A DNA stretch of 64,000 nucleotides from Anaeromyxobacteraceae bacterium (GTDB lineage: Bacteria; Myxococcota; Myxococcia; Myxococcales; Anaeromyxobacteraceae), in the NCBI GenBank assembly GCA_032654565.1, contig JAULAX010000017.1, forward strand, positions 160,001 to 224,000. Reading direction: 5' to 3'. The notes under the pieces are model-generated. The model searched no databases. It saw nothing but the letters and a program-made list of their open reading frames with translations, and had not been told where the DNA came from. The translations under genes and the position numbers were made by a program. This document shows, one piece after another, positions 20,546 to 32,486 of this stretch. The first letter of the stretch is position 1. Every line of letters begins with the position of its first letter.

Positions 20546-20899
20546 ATGGCACGCCAGGCCAACGCCTCGCTCGACGAGATCGTGAAGCGCACCATCGAAG
20601 GGGTGGTGGAGCGCGCCGCCGCCGCCATCGCCCGCTCCATCGCCGACACCGTGGCGCAGCGCCTGGAGGCCGAGCTGAAGAAGTCGGTGGGCAAGGGGGG
20701 CCGGGGCCGCAAGGCCCGCGCCGCCGGGGCCCGCCCCCGCGCCGAGATCACCAAGTGGGTGGCCGACCGCCGGGCCCGCCGGGTGCCGACCTTCGTCATC
20801 GAGGTGACCGGGCTGAAGACCAAGAAGGCCATCGTCGGCAAGTACGGCGACGGCGTGGTCTTCGAGAAGGGGAAGCCAGCGCCCAAGACCAAGGCGTAG
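20546..20899 (+). CDS. Small basic hypothetical protein (possible nucleoid-associated protein)
   Basis: AGGAG RBS; helical N-terminus, K/R-rich linker, compact C-terminal domain. Confidence 0.75.
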   Translation: MARQANASLDEIVKRTIEGVVERAAAAIARSIADTVAQRLEAELKKSVGKGGRGRKARAAGARPRAEITKWVADRRARRVPTFVIEVTGLKTKKAIVGKYGDGVVFEKGKPAPKTKA

Positions 20900-20903
20900 C
20901 GGC

Positions 20904-21308
20904 TCAGCGCCGCTTTCGCGGCGTCCCGGGGCGACGTTCGGGCGGGCTGGTGGCCCCCCTGGGCGCCGCCTCCTTCTTTGCGGCCGGCTCGCCGGGCTTG
21001 GTGGCGGCGGGCTTCTCGCCCCCCTCGGCCTTGGCCGGCGTCGCCGCCGCGGCGGCCGGCTTCTCCGCCCCCTTCTTGGCGTCGGCCCCGCCGGTCGTAC
21101 CCGCCTCGGCCTTGCCCGAGTCCGGGCGCGGCGTGCCGTAGAGGTCGGCGTACCAGCCGCCGCCCTTGAGGTGGAAGGCGGTGCGGGAGACCTCGCGGGT
21201 CATCCGCTTGCTGCCGCAATTGGGGCAGGGGGGAGGGCGCTCCCCCACCCGCTGCATCACCTCGGCGAGCTTCCCACACTTGGCACAGCTGAATTCGTAG
21301 ATTGGCAT
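20904..21308 (-). CDS. FmdB-family zinc-ribbon protein
   Basis: MPIYEFSCAKCG..CPNCG..FHLKGGGWY. Confidence 0.92.
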   Translation of the reverse strand: MPIYEFSCAKCGKLAEVMQRVGERPPPCPNCGSKRMTREVSRTAFHLKGGGWYADLYGTPRPDSGKAEAGTTGGADAKKGAEKPAAAAATPAKAEGGEKPAATKPGEPAAKKEAAPRGATSPPERRPGTPRKRR

Positions 21309-21344
21309 GTGACTCCGCGAGGCCCGTGCCGGGCCGGGATCGGT

Positions 21345-22778
21345 TCAGCGGGACGGGCCGCGCCGTCCGCCACCGGGGCTGGGGCGGCCGGGGCCGTGCG
21401 GCCCGCGGCCCGGCTTCCGGGGAGGTGGTCGTGCGCCGGTGGGGCGGCCACTCGTGGGACGACCGCCCGTGGGACGACCGCCCGTAGGACGACCGCCCGC
21501 AGGACGACCGCCCGTGGGACGACCGCCCGCAGGACGACCGCCCGTGGGACGACCGCCCGCAGGACGCCCGCCCGCAGGACGCCCGCCCGCAGGACGACCA
21601 CCCGCAGGACGACCGCCCGTGGGACGACCGCCCGTGGGACGTGGCGTGGAGGACCGGGGCGACGCGCCCGACGTCGCCGGGCGAGGGGCTGCCCGGGGAG
21701 GGGAGGCCGGGACCCGGGGCGCTGCCGTCCCGCGCGGCGGGGCGGCCCGCGGCCGGGCCTCCGGCACCTTGAGCTCGACGCCGAGCTGGACCAGCAGCGG
21801 CCGCACCGTGGCCACCGGGAGCGCCAGCGTCCGGGCCAGCCCGAGCTCCAGCGGCTCGCCGGTGGTGGAGAGGGCGCGCAGGTGCTCGGGGAGCCGCTCC
21901 TTCAGGTCCTGCTCGAACTCCGCGACCAGCTCCAGGTCGGCCAGCTTGTCAGCGCTGCCGACCAGCAGCAGGGCACGCTCGGCCAGCGTGGCCCGCGCCC
22001 GCAGGTCGCGCCGGCGAGCCTCGCGGAGCCTGCGGACATCGGCCTCCAGCCCCAGCCTGGTGATGGCCGCCCCGAGTGAAGCCAGATCGTGGCCCAGCGC
22101 GGCGGCGGCCTGGGACAGGACGGCCCCGGCGGCGCGGACGGCGTGGGACAGCTCGTCCCGCTCGCGGCGGAGGAAGGCGCGGTCGAGGCCGTGGTGCTCC
22201 AGCGCGGCGTCGAGGTCGGCGTCACCGACCGGCCCGCCGTCGGCCCGCCGATGCGTCGCGGCGATGGCCGCCACCAGCATGGGACGGCGGCCGCCGTGGC
22301 GGCGCAGGAGCCGCTCCAGGGCGCCCCGACCGGCGGGCAGCAGCAGCTCCTCGAAGAGGGGCAGGCGAGGGGGGTGGCTCTCCGAGACCGGCGGCGCGGC
22401 CGACGCCTTGCGGACCACCACCTGGGCGCGGCGGGAGCCCTTGCGCCCCTTCTTGACGGCGGCCATCGGGGTCGGCGGCCCGGCCGGAGCCGGCGGCTGG
22501 AGCGCCCCGGACGGTGCGGCGCCGGGGCGGGGGTACCGCTCGGCGCGCTCGCGATCCGCCGCCACGTCGGCAGGGACGCCGCGGGCCAGGTCGGCCAGGG
22601 CGTGGGGGCCGAGCGGGCGGGCCGGCGGCGGGTCGGCCAGCAGGGCCCGCACCGAGAGCAGCTGATCCCAGCCGAGCGTCCCGAGCGCCAGGCGCAGCTC
22701 GCCGGGGGTGGTCTGGCGCCCCGCCTCGGCGCACCAGCGCACCGCCCGTTCGATGGTCTCCAGGTCCAGCTCCGCCAT
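21345..22778 (-). CDS. Hypothetical protein with Fis-like HTH segment and (T/A)GGRP tail
   Basis: 478-codon [33 protein letters not shown] resembles HTH_8. Confidence 0.65.
   Translation of the reverse strand: MAELDLETIERAVRWCAEAGRQTTPGELRLALGTLGWDQLLSVRALLADPPPARPLGPHALADLARGVPADVAADRERAERYPRPGAAPSGALQPPAPAGPPTPMAAVKKGRKGSRRAQVVVRKASAAPPVSESHPPRLPLFEELLLPAGRGALERLLRRHGGRRPMLVAAIAATHRRADGGPVGDADLDAALEHHGLDRAFLRRERDELSHAVRAAGAVLSQAAAALGHDLASLGAAITRLGLEADVRRLREARRRDLRARATLAERALLLVGSADKLADLELVAEFEQDLKERLPEHLRALSTTGEPLELGLARTLALPVATVRPLLVQLGVELKVPEARPRAAPPRGTAAPRVPASPPRAAPRPATSGASPRSSTPRPTGGRPTGGRPAGGRPAGGRPAGGRPAGGRPTGGRPAGGRPTGGRPAGGRPTGGRPTGGRPTSGRPTGARPPPRKPGRGPHGPGRPSPGGGRRGPSR
21426..21635 (-). 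repeat. 15-bp coding tandem repeat, 12 units [TA]GGRP plus 2 degenerate
   Basis: (G/A)GGACGACCGCCCG(T/C) repeated on the + strand. Confidence 0.95.
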
Positions 22779-22879
22779 AGGGGGCGCACCCTGCGACGGC
22801 GGCCGCGTCCAGTCAAGACGGGAGCCGCGACCGGTCGACCCGGTTGCCCGTCGGGGCCTCGCGTGGTTCACTCCCGCCC

Positions 22880-23494
22880 ATGTCGAACCAGCCCGTCCCT
22901 CCCGCCGCCCGCCGCGACGACGGCGTCCCCGGCGCCGTCCCGTACCTGCGCTGGGCGCTCTTCACCATCCTGCTGGCGGCCTGCGCCGCTGCCCTCATCG
23001 GCCTGCCCCGGGCCGAGGCGGGGGGCTGGTCGACCTGGCTGCGGCTGGTGCCGGTGCTGCTGCTGGTCCTCTTCATCGGCGGCTACGCCACCTACCGCTT
23101 CACCCTGGTCCGGGCCGGCCACTACTCCGCCGGCAAGGCGCTGGTGCGGGTGGGGGTGCTGGTGCTCCTGACCGTGGCCATCGCCGGCATCGCCATCGAC
23201 CGCCCCGCCGGGCGGCAGCCGGACGCCGCCACCGACCTGGCCGGGCCGCTGCGGGGCGCCGATCCGCTGGCCCGATCATTGGCCGCCGAGCTGGTCCGCC
23301 ACCGGCCCCGCGCCGAGGCGCTCCGCCACGTCCCGCGGCTCATCGCCCTGCTCGACGACGAGGCGGCGCCGGTGCGGGGCCAGGCCCACGCCTCGCTGGA
23401 GGCCCTGGCCGGGCAGGACGTGGGGCAGGGCGCCGGCGCCGCCGAGCGCTGGCGGAAGGTCTGGGGCGCGCAGGGCGTCACGGCCGCACCCTAG
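22880..23494 (+). CDS. Membrane protein with C-terminal HEAT-like repeat
   Basis: Three TM helices, then VPRLIALLDDEAAPVRGQAHASL. Confidence 0.65.
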   Translation: MSNQPVPPAARRDDGVPGAVPYLRWALFTILLAACAAALIGLPRAEAGGWSTWLRLVPVLLLVLFIGGYATYRFTLVRAGHYSAGKALVRVGVLVLLTVAIAGIAIDRPAGRQPDAATDLAGPLRGADPLARSLAAELVRHRPRAEALRHVPRLIALLDDEAAPVRGQAHASLEALAGQDVGQGAGAAERWRKVWGAQGVTAAP

Positions 23495-23577
23495 GACCTC
23501 CCCCTGGGCCGGCGCCGCCTCGCCGGGCGGTCCCGCCACCCGCGGCGCCGATCGGCTTGCCGGCCGGGCCCCGTCCT

Positions 23578-23596
23578 GATAATGAGAACCGTTATC
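23578..23596 (+). promoter_or_regulatory. Fur box
   Basis: GATAATGAGAACCGTTATC matches 16/19 of GATAATGATAATCATTATC, directly upstream of fur-feoB. Confidence 0.9.
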
Positions 23597-23599
23597 AAG

Positions 23600-24112
23600 A
23601 TGAGCTCCGCCAAGGCCACCACCCGCACCCCCACCCCGGCCCTCCGCCCCGGGCCGGCCGCCCACGCCGGCCGCGCCGCCCTGCAGGCCGAGATCGCCCG
23701 GCTGGGGCTGAAGCGCTCCCGCCAGCGCGACCTGGTGGCCGACACCTTCTTCGCCATGGGCGGCCACCTCTCGGTGGAGCAGCTGGTGACGGCGGCCCGC
23801 CGCGGCGATCCCCGGGTCAGCGTGGCCACCGTCTACCGGACCATGAAGCTGCTGGCCGACTGCGGCCTGGCCTTCCCGCGCCAGTTCGACGGCACCCAGA
23901 CCCGGTACGAGCCGGCCGCGGGCCGGCCCCACCACGACCACCTCATCTGCACCCGCTGCGGCGCCATCGAGGAGTTCGCCGAGGCCCGCATCGAGGCGCT
24001 GCAGTCGCGGGTCGCCGCCGGCCGCGGCTTCGAGGTGGAGACCCACAAGCTGGAGCTCTACGGCCGCTGCGCCGCCTGCCGCCGTGGGGCGGGGAAGGAG
24101 GCCCGGCCATGA
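23600..24112 (+). CDS. fur: Fur-family transcriptional repressor
   Basis: SVATVYRTM, HHDHLICTRCG, C-terminal CAAC. Confidence 0.92.
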   Translation: MSSAKATTRTPTPALRPGPAAHAGRAALQAEIARLGLKRSRQRDLVADTFFAMGGHLSVEQLVTAARRGDPRVSVATVYRTMKLLADCGLAFPRQFDGTQTRYEPAAGRPHHDHLICTRCGAIEEFAEARIEALQSRVAAGRGFEVETHKLELYGRCAACRRGAGKEARP

Positions 24113-26163
24113 GTCCCCCGCCGCCCGCCGCCGCCCAGGTGCTGGAGGCCGGGGCCCTGGTGGCGCCCACCCGCTCGGTGATCCTGGTGGGCAACCCCAA
24201 CGTCGGCAAGAGCGTCCTCTTCGGCGCCCTCACCGGCCGCTACGTCACCGTCTCCAACTACCCCGGCACCACCGTGGAGGTGACCCGGGGCCACGCCACC
24301 ATCGACGGCGCCCCCTGGCACGTCATGGACACGCCGGGCACCAACAACCTGCTCCCCATGTCGGAGGACGAGCAGGTCACCCGCGACATCCTCCAGGCCG
24401 AGACCGGGTACGCCTGCGTCCAGGTCTGCGACGCCAAGAACCTGCGGCGCGGCCTGCTGCTGACCTCCCAGCTGGCCGAGGCCGGGGTCCCCTTCCTGCT
24501 GGCGCTCAACATGGCCGACGAGGCCGCCAGCCGCGGTTTCCAGGTGGACGAGGCCGGCCTGGCGAAGGCGCTCGGCGTCGACGTGGTGGCCACGGTGGCG
24601 GTGCAACGCCAGGGGCTGGCGGAGCTGCAGGCGCGCCTGCCGGCGGCGCGGGTCTCCAGCTTCCGGCCCCGCTACGACCAGGCCATCGAGGCGGCGCTCG
24701 ACGAGGTGGCCCCGCTGATGCCGAAGGGAGGGCTGGGCGCCCGGGCCCTGGGGCTGATGGCGCTGGTGGGCGACGACTCGCTGCGCGGTCTGCTCAACGC
24801 CCGGCTCACCGCGGCGGCGCTGGCCCGGGTCGACGAGGTGGGGCGGGCCCTGGCGGCCCGCTACCCGGAGTCGCTCCGCTTCGTGGTGGCCCGGCAGCGG
24901 CTGGCGGCGGTGGACCGGCTCCACGAGGCCGTGGTCACCCGCGGCGCCCGCTCGGCCGGCTCCGACTTCGCCCGGCGGCTGGGCGCCTGGTCGACCCACC
25001 CGATCTACGGCGTCCCCCTGCTGCTGCTGGTGCTCTTCCTGGCCTGGCTCTTCGTCGGGCTGTTCGGGGCCGGGACCGCCGTCGACTTCCTCGAGCACAC
25101 CGTCTTCCAGCGGTACCTGGTCCCCTGGACCGAGGCGGCGCTGCAGGCGGTGCTGCCGGGCGGCGCGGTGCGCGAGTTCCTCATCGGCCCGGCCGGCGTC
25201 CCATACCAGGAGCACGGCGGCTTCATCATCGGCCGCTACGGCATGGTCTCGATGGGGCTCTCCTACGCGGTGGCCATCGTGCTGCCCATCGTCGCCACCT
25301 TCTTCGTGGCCTTCTCCATCCTCGAGGACTCGGGCTACCTGCCGCGCCTGGCGGTGATGGTGAACCAGATCTTCAAGCGCATGGGGTTGAACGGCAAGGC
25401 GGTGCTGCCCATGGTGCTCGGCCTCGGCTGCGACACCATGGCCACCATGACCGCCCGCATCATGGAGACGCGCAAGGAGCGGGTCATCGTCACCCTGCTG
25501 CTGGCGCTGGCCGTCCCCTGCAGCGCCCAGCTGGCGGTGATCCTGGCCATGACCGCCGGCCTGCCCCTGGCGGCGCTGCTCTGGTTCGGCGGGACCCTGC
25601 TGATGGTGATCTTCCTGATCGGCTGGCTGGCGGCCAAGGTCATCCCCGGGCGCGGCTCCGACTTCATGCTGGAGCTGCCGCCGCTGCGGCTGCCGCAGCT
25701 CGGCAACGTCGCCGTCAAGACCCTGGCCCGCATCGAGTGGTACCTGCGCGAGGCCATGCCGCTGTTCCTGCTCGGCACCCTGCTGCTCTACGCCATGGAC
25801 CGCTTCCACCTGCTGGCGGCCCTGGAGCACGCCGCCGAGCCGCTCATGTCCGGCGTGCTCGGGCTCCCCAAGGAGGCGGCCGGCGCCTTCATCCTCGGCT
25901 TCCTGCGCCGCGACTACGCCGCCGCCGGGCTCTTCGCCCACTACCAGCCCCACATCGCCGCCCACACCATGACCCGGTCGATGGAGATCGAGGTGGTGGT
26001 GGCGCTGGTCACCATCACCCTCTTCATCCCCTGCATCGCCAACTTCTTCATGATCCTCAAGGAGCGGGGGATGAAGACCGGCCTGGCCATGATGGGGTTC
26101 ATCCTGCCCTTCTCGGTGGGGGTGGGCGCCCTGGTGAACCAGCTGATGCGGGCGGTCTACTGA
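24109..26163 (+). CDS. feoB: Ferrous iron transporter FeoB
   Basis: GNPNVGKS, NYPGTTVE, DTPG, NMAD, LEDSGYLPR, GLGC, PCSA. Confidence 0.97.
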   Translation: MSPPPPAAAQVLEAGALVAPTRSVILVGNPNVGKSVLFGALTGRYVTVSNYPGTTVEVTRGHATIDGAPWHVMDTPGTNNLLPMSEDEQVTRDILQAETGYACVQVCDAKNLRRGLLLTSQLAEAGVPFLLALNMADEAASRGFQVDEAGLAKALGVDVVATVAVQRQGLAELQARLPAARVSSFRPRYDQAIEAALDEVAPLMPKGGLGARALGLMALVGDDSLRGLLNARLTAAALARVDEVGRALAARYPESLRFVVARQRLAAVDRLHEAVVTRGARSAGSDFARRLGAWSTHPIYGVPLLLLVLFLAWLFVGLFGAGTAVDFLEHTVFQRYLVPWTEAALQAVLPGGAVREFLIGPAGVPYQEHGGFIIGRYGMVSMGLSYAVAIVLPIVATFFVAFSILEDSGYLPRLAVMVNQIFKRMGLNGKAVLPMVLGLGCDTMATMTARIMETRKERVIVTLLLALAVPCSAQLAVILAMTAGLPLAALLWFGGTLLMVIFLIGWLAAKVIPGRGSDFMLELPPLRLPQLGNVAVKTLARIEWYLREAMPLFLLGTLLLYAMDRFHLLAALEHAAEPLMSGVLGLPKEAAGAFILGFLRRDYAAAGLFAHYQPHIAAHTMTRSMEIEVVVALVTITLFIPCIANFFMILKERGMKTGLAMMGFILPFSVGVGALVNQLMRAVY

Positions 26164-26408
26164 TGCCCGCCGCCGGCGCCGCCGCGGCCACGGTCCGCCT
26201 CGAGCACTGCCCGCTCTGCGGCGTCGACTTCGACGCCTCGGGGCAGGGGTGCCGCCCCAGCTGTCCCATGGCCACCGGCTGCCACGTGGTCTGCTGCCCC
26301 GGCTGCGGCTACAGTTTCCCCCAGGAGAACACCGGGCTGGCCGGCAAGCTGAAGCGCTTCCTCGAGGAGCGCCGCCGCCTGTCGGCGCAGAAGGGGAGCG
26401 CCACCTGA
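26163..26408 (+). CDS. Small Cys-rich protein (8 Cys), probable metal/Fe-S binding
   Basis: TGATG overlap with feoB; CPLC-x10-CRPSC-x5-C-x3-CCPGC. Confidence 0.75.
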   Translation: MPAAGAAAATVRLEHCPLCGVDFDASGQGCRPSCPMATGCHVVCCPGCGYSFPQENTGLAGKLKRFLEERRRLSAQKGSAT

Positions 26409-26419
26409 CCACCGCCGCC

Positions 26420-27088
26420 ATGCCGTCCCGCCGCCTCGAGGAGCTGCTCGAGACCGTCTTCACCGAGCGCGAGGAGCACCGCGACCAGGTGGCCTCGGTG
26501 CTCGCCCAGGCCGCCCCGGCCCACGCCCCCGACGCCGCCCGCGCCGATCTCGAGGCGCTGGCCGGGGAGGGGCTGCTGCGGCTCGACGGCGCCACCGTGC
26601 AGCTGACCCCGGCCGGCGAGGCCCGGGCCCGCGACGTGGTGCGGCGCCACCGGCTCACCGAGCGGCTCTTCAAGGACCTGCTGGCGGTCTCCGACACCAC
26701 CATGGAGGACCAGGCCTGCGAGCTCGAGCACATCCTCTCGCCGGAGGCGACCGAGTCGGTCTGCACCGTGCTCGGCCACCCGCCCACCTGCCCGCACGGG
26801 CGCCCCATCCCCCCCGGGGCCTGCTGCGCCACCTTCCAGAAGACGGTGCGGCCGCTGGTGACCGGGCTGCGCCACTTCGAGCTGGGGGCCACCGGCCGCA
26901 TCGTCTTCATCGCCCCCAAGTTCCACGACCGGATGGATCGGCTGGCCGCGCTCGGGGTCATCCCGGGGAGCGAGCTGCGGCTGCACCAGCGCTCGCCCTC
27001 CTACGTCATCGAGATCGGCGAGACCACCATCGCCCTCGACCCGGAGATCGCCGGCGAGATCTTCGTCAAGCCGGTGGAGCGGCGATAG
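26420..27088 (+). CDS. DtxR/MntR-family metal-dependent regulator with C-terminal FeoA domain
   Basis: LTPAG, RRHRLTERL, ACELEH, CPHGRPIP; FeoA segment RLAALGVIPGSEL. Confidence 0.88.
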   Translation: MPSRRLEELLETVFTEREEHRDQVASVLAQAAPAHAPDAARADLEALAGEGLLRLDGATVQLTPAGEARARDVVRRHRLTERLFKDLLAVSDTTMEDQACELEHILSPEATESVCTVLGHPPTCPHGRPIPPGACCATFQKTVRPLVTGLRHFELGATGRIVFIAPKFHDRMDRLAALGVIPGSELRLHQRSPSYVIEIGETTIALDPEIAGEIFVKPVERR

Positions 27089-27145
27089 CGGGAGATTTCT
27101 GGACGGAGCGACCCCCGCTGGTAGCTTCGGCGCCGGGTCGACCGC

Positions 27146-27444
27146 ATGTCCTGGCAAGGTGGGCGAAAAGCCTCGTTGTTCCTCCTCGGCGCCGCCGTCC
27201 TGCTGGCGGTGGCCGGCGCCCTCGATCCGTCCGGGCTGGCCAAGAGCGACCGCCTCCAGGAGGAGTGCCTGCGCCTGGCGGCCGAGAACGGCCGGGTCCA
27301 GCAGGAGAACCACCGGCTGGCCCGCGAGGCCCGGGCCCTGCTCACCGATCCCAAGGCCAGGGAGCGGGCCGCCCGCGAGGAGCTCCGCTTCATCCGGGCC
27401 GGCGAGGTCATCTACCGGCTCGACGGCCGCGGCGCGGGGGCCCC

Positions 27445-27448
<4 letters not shown>
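27146..27448 (+). CDS. ftsB: Septum formation initiator (FtsB/DivIC family)
   Basis: Single TM, coiled coil, ERAAREELRFIRAGE. Confidence 0.8.
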
Positions 27449-29760
<2,312 letters not shown>

Positions 29761-29857
29761 AGGGCGCGCCGCCCCGCCGCGGCGGTGGCCGCGCCCCGGC
29801 TCCCCCTGCTACACTCCGTGGCGCGCCGCGCGGTCGGGCGCGGGGAGCCGCTCCGGC

Positions 29858-31180
29858 GTGAAAAAGAACTTCGTCCTCGACACCAACGTCCTGCTGCACG
29901 ATCCCAAGAGCATGTACGGGTTCGACGACAACGACGTCGTCATCCCCATCCACGTCATCGAGGAGATCGACAACTTCAAGCGGGACCTCTCCTCGCTGGG
30001 GCGCAACGCCCGCCAGGTCTCACGCTCGCTCGACGAGTTCCGCCGCGCCGGCAAGCTGCGCGAGGGGGTCTCGATCGGGCCCGGCAAGGGCAGGCTGCGG
30101 GTGCTCTTCGCCGATCGCAAGCTGCCGCCCGAGGTGGGCGACGGCCACGCCATGGACGACAAGATCCTGGCGGTGGCCTTCGACCTCGCCACCAAGGAGA
30201 AGGGGACGCCCTGCGTCTTCGTCACCAAGGACACCAACCTCCGGATCCGCGCCGACGCCCTGGGGCTGCACGCCGAGGACTACGACGTCGAGGGGGTGGA
30301 GATCGACGAGCTCTGGAGCGGCGTCGCCGAGATCGACGTCGACCCGGAGGTGGTCAACGAGTTCTACGCCAGCGGCGCGGTGGCCTGCCCGGCGGGGATG
30401 CCGCCGCCGCCGCCCAACGCCTTCGTGGTGCTGCGCGACAAGCTGGCCCCGCAGCACAGCGCCGTGGGCAAGTACTCGGCCGCCCGGGGCGCCTTCGTGC
30501 AGCTGATCAAGACGCCCAAGGAGGGGGTCTGGGGGATCCGGCCGCGCAACAAGGAGCAGTCCTTCGCCCTCGACGTGCTGCTCAACGACGAGATCCGGCT
30601 GGTCACCATCGTCGGCAAGGCCGGCACCGGCAAGACCCTGCTGGCCATCGCCGCCGGCCTGCAGAAGACCATGGAGGAGTCGGTCTACCAGAAGCTGCTG
30701 GTCTCCCGGCCCATCTTCCCGCTCGGCCGCGACATCGGCTACCTGCCCGGCTCGGTGGAGGAGAAGCTCAACCCCTGGATGCAGCCCATCTTCGACAACG
30801 TCGAGTACCTGATGAACCTGTCGCGCTCGGAGAAGAAGGCCGGGCGCGGCTGGCACGAGCTGATGGATCTCGGCATCCTCGAGATCGAGCCGCTCACCTA
30901 CATCCGCGGCCGCTCCATCCCCAACCAGTTCATGATCGTCGACGAGGCGCAGAACCTGACGCCCCACGAGGTGAAGACCATCCTCACCCGCGTCGGCGAC
31001 GGCACCAAGATCGTGCTCACCGGCGACCCCTACCAGATCGACAACCCCTACGTGGACCAGACCAACAACGGCCTGGTGCACGTGGTGAACCGGTTCAAGG
31101 ACGAGCGGCTGGCGGGCCACATCACCCTCTCCAAGGGCGAGCGCTCGCCGCTGGCCGAGCTGGCCGCCAACCTGCTGTAG
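29858..31180 (+). CDS. PIN-PhoH family protein (PhoH2/YlaK-like)
   Basis: VLDTNVL PIN domain, GKAGTGKT, IRGRS, DEAQN, GDPYQID. Confidence 0.93.
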   Translation: MKKNFVLDTNVLLHDPKSMYGFDDNDVVIPIHVIEEIDNFKRDLSSLGRNARQVSRSLDEFRRAGKLREGVSIGPGKGRLRVLFADRKLPPEVGDGHAMDDKILAVAFDLATKEKGTPCVFVTKDTNLRIRADALGLHAEDYDVEGVEIDELWSGVAEIDVDPEVVNEFYASGAVACPAGMPPPPPNAFVVLRDKLAPQHSAVGKYSAARGAFVQLIKTPKEGVWGIRPRNKEQSFALDVLLNDEIRLVTIVGKAGTGKTLLAIAAGLQKTMEESVYQKLLVSRPIFPLGRDIGYLPGSVEEKLNPWMQPIFDNVEYLMNLSRSEKKAGRGWHELMDLGILEIEPLTYIRGRSIPNQFMIVDEAQNLTPHEVKTILTRVGDGTKIVLTGDPYQIDNPYVDQTNNGLVHVVNRFKDERLAGHITLSKGERSPLAELAANLL

Positions 31181-31189
31181 CGGCCGGGA

Positions 31190-32260
31190 CTAGGCGGTGG
31201 CGAGCCGGAAGTCGACCAGGTCGACCGGCGCCGGCGCCATCCCGAAGGTGACCGACTCGCGCCACCCCTCGGCGTCGCCGCCCACCTGCAGCGGCACCGG
31301 GCGCTCGAAGCGGAGCGTCACCTGGTCGGCGTGGAAGTCGAGGATCTTCTCGTGGGCGAAGTCGCCCGACCAGATGCGGTGCAGGTTGACCAGCAGCGTG
31401 GAGACCGCCGGGTCGGAGACCACCCGCAGCTGCATCAGGCCGCGGGACTTGCCGGCGTGCGGGAAGATGCGCAGCCCCATGCCGTAGAAGGGGACGGTGC
31501 TGGCGCCGGCCATCAGGCAGGGGCCGGCGTAGAGGAGCTGGCCCGGGGCGATGGCCGGGCCGACGCGGCGCCCCTGGTCGTCGAGCCGCCAGGCCTGGCG
31601 CCCGGTGTTGACGATCTCGCAGTAGGCGGGGCGGCGCTCCAGCAGCTGGCGCGGCGCCGAGCGCAGCGCCACCGCCAGCCCGTAGCCGGCCACCCCGAGG
31701 CCGAGCCCCTGCAGCGGGGTCCCGGCCAGCTGCTGCTTGAGCCAGTTGTAGTCGTTGAGGATGGCGGCGTCGATCCCCACCCCGGCGAAGGGGGTGCGGC
31801 GCCCCTCGCAGGTGACCAGGTCGATGCGGCGGGTGCCGCCGAACTCGCCGGCCAGGAAGCGGGAGAGGTCGCGGGCGTGGTGGCGCGGGGTGGCCCCCAG
31901 CAGCTCGGCCACGGCGTTGCCGGTGCCCAGCGCCAGCACCCCGAAGCGCGGCGACCGCTGGTGGCGGCGCTCGGCGGCGTCGATGATGCGGTTGATCCAG
32001 GAGACGAAGGTGCCGTCGCCGCCGCCGGTGAAGACCGTCTGGTAGCGGCGGGCCACCACCCAGTCGGCGATCTCGGCCGCCTCCTCCTCGCTGTGGGAGA
32101 GGAAGAGGTCCTCCCGCGGGACGATGAGGCCGAGGGTCCGCAGCACGCCCGGGTTGACCGACCTGGCCCGGGCGTTGAGCAGCACCGCCACCCCACGCGG
32201 AGGGGCGTGGAGCTGGAGGGGAGCCTGGAGCTGTTCGGCGCTGGCGACGAGGTGGATCAT
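31190..32260 (-). CDS. Diacylglycerol/lipid kinase family protein
   Basis: GGGDGT, LGTGNA, GVGIDA, QVGGD. Confidence 0.88.
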   Translation of the reverse strand: MIHLVASAEQLQAPLQLHAPPRGVAVLLNARARSVNPGVLRTLGLIVPREDLFLSHSEEEAAEIADWVVARRYQTVFTGGGDGTFVSWINRIIDAAERRHQRSPRFGVLALGTGNAVAELLGATPRHHARDLSRFLAGEFGGTRRIDLVTCEGRRTPFAGVGIDAAILNDYNWLKQQLAGTPLQGLGLGVAGYGLAVALRSAPRQLLERRPAYCEIVNTGRQAWRLDDQGRRVGPAIAPGQLLYAGPCLMAGASTVPFYGMGLRIFPHAGKSRGLMQLRVVSDPAVSTLLVNLHRIWSGDFAHEKILDFHADQVTLRFERPVPLQVGGDAEGWRESVTFGMAPAPVDLVDFRLATA

Positions 32261-32323
32261 TCAATCCCCGGAAGAGAGACCTGGCTCGATGAAAGCGACC
32301 TGACAGCGTTGTCCTGTCACTTG

Positions 32324-32339
32324 AGCAAGCGATATGCCA
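32324..32339 (-). promoter_or_regulatory. sigma54 promoter of the lipid kinase gene
   Basis: TGGCATATCGCTTGCT on the minus strand, near-consensus -24/-12. Confidence 0.75.
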
Positions 32340-32486
32340 CGCTGCGTCAGCTCCCGGGCCGAGTGAATTCAAGGCGATAGCGCCACGCCCCGGATGGTGC
32401 GTCTTCCGCGAGGCGTGAAGCGCGGGTGACGACCGCGAAGCGGGCTACGCACCCGAGGGGGACCGGACAAAGCCGATGGCACGCGT

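Noticed and set aside
29858..31180. PIN toxin-antitoxin module
   Set aside because: No upstream antitoxin ORF; ordinary PIN-PhoH fusion
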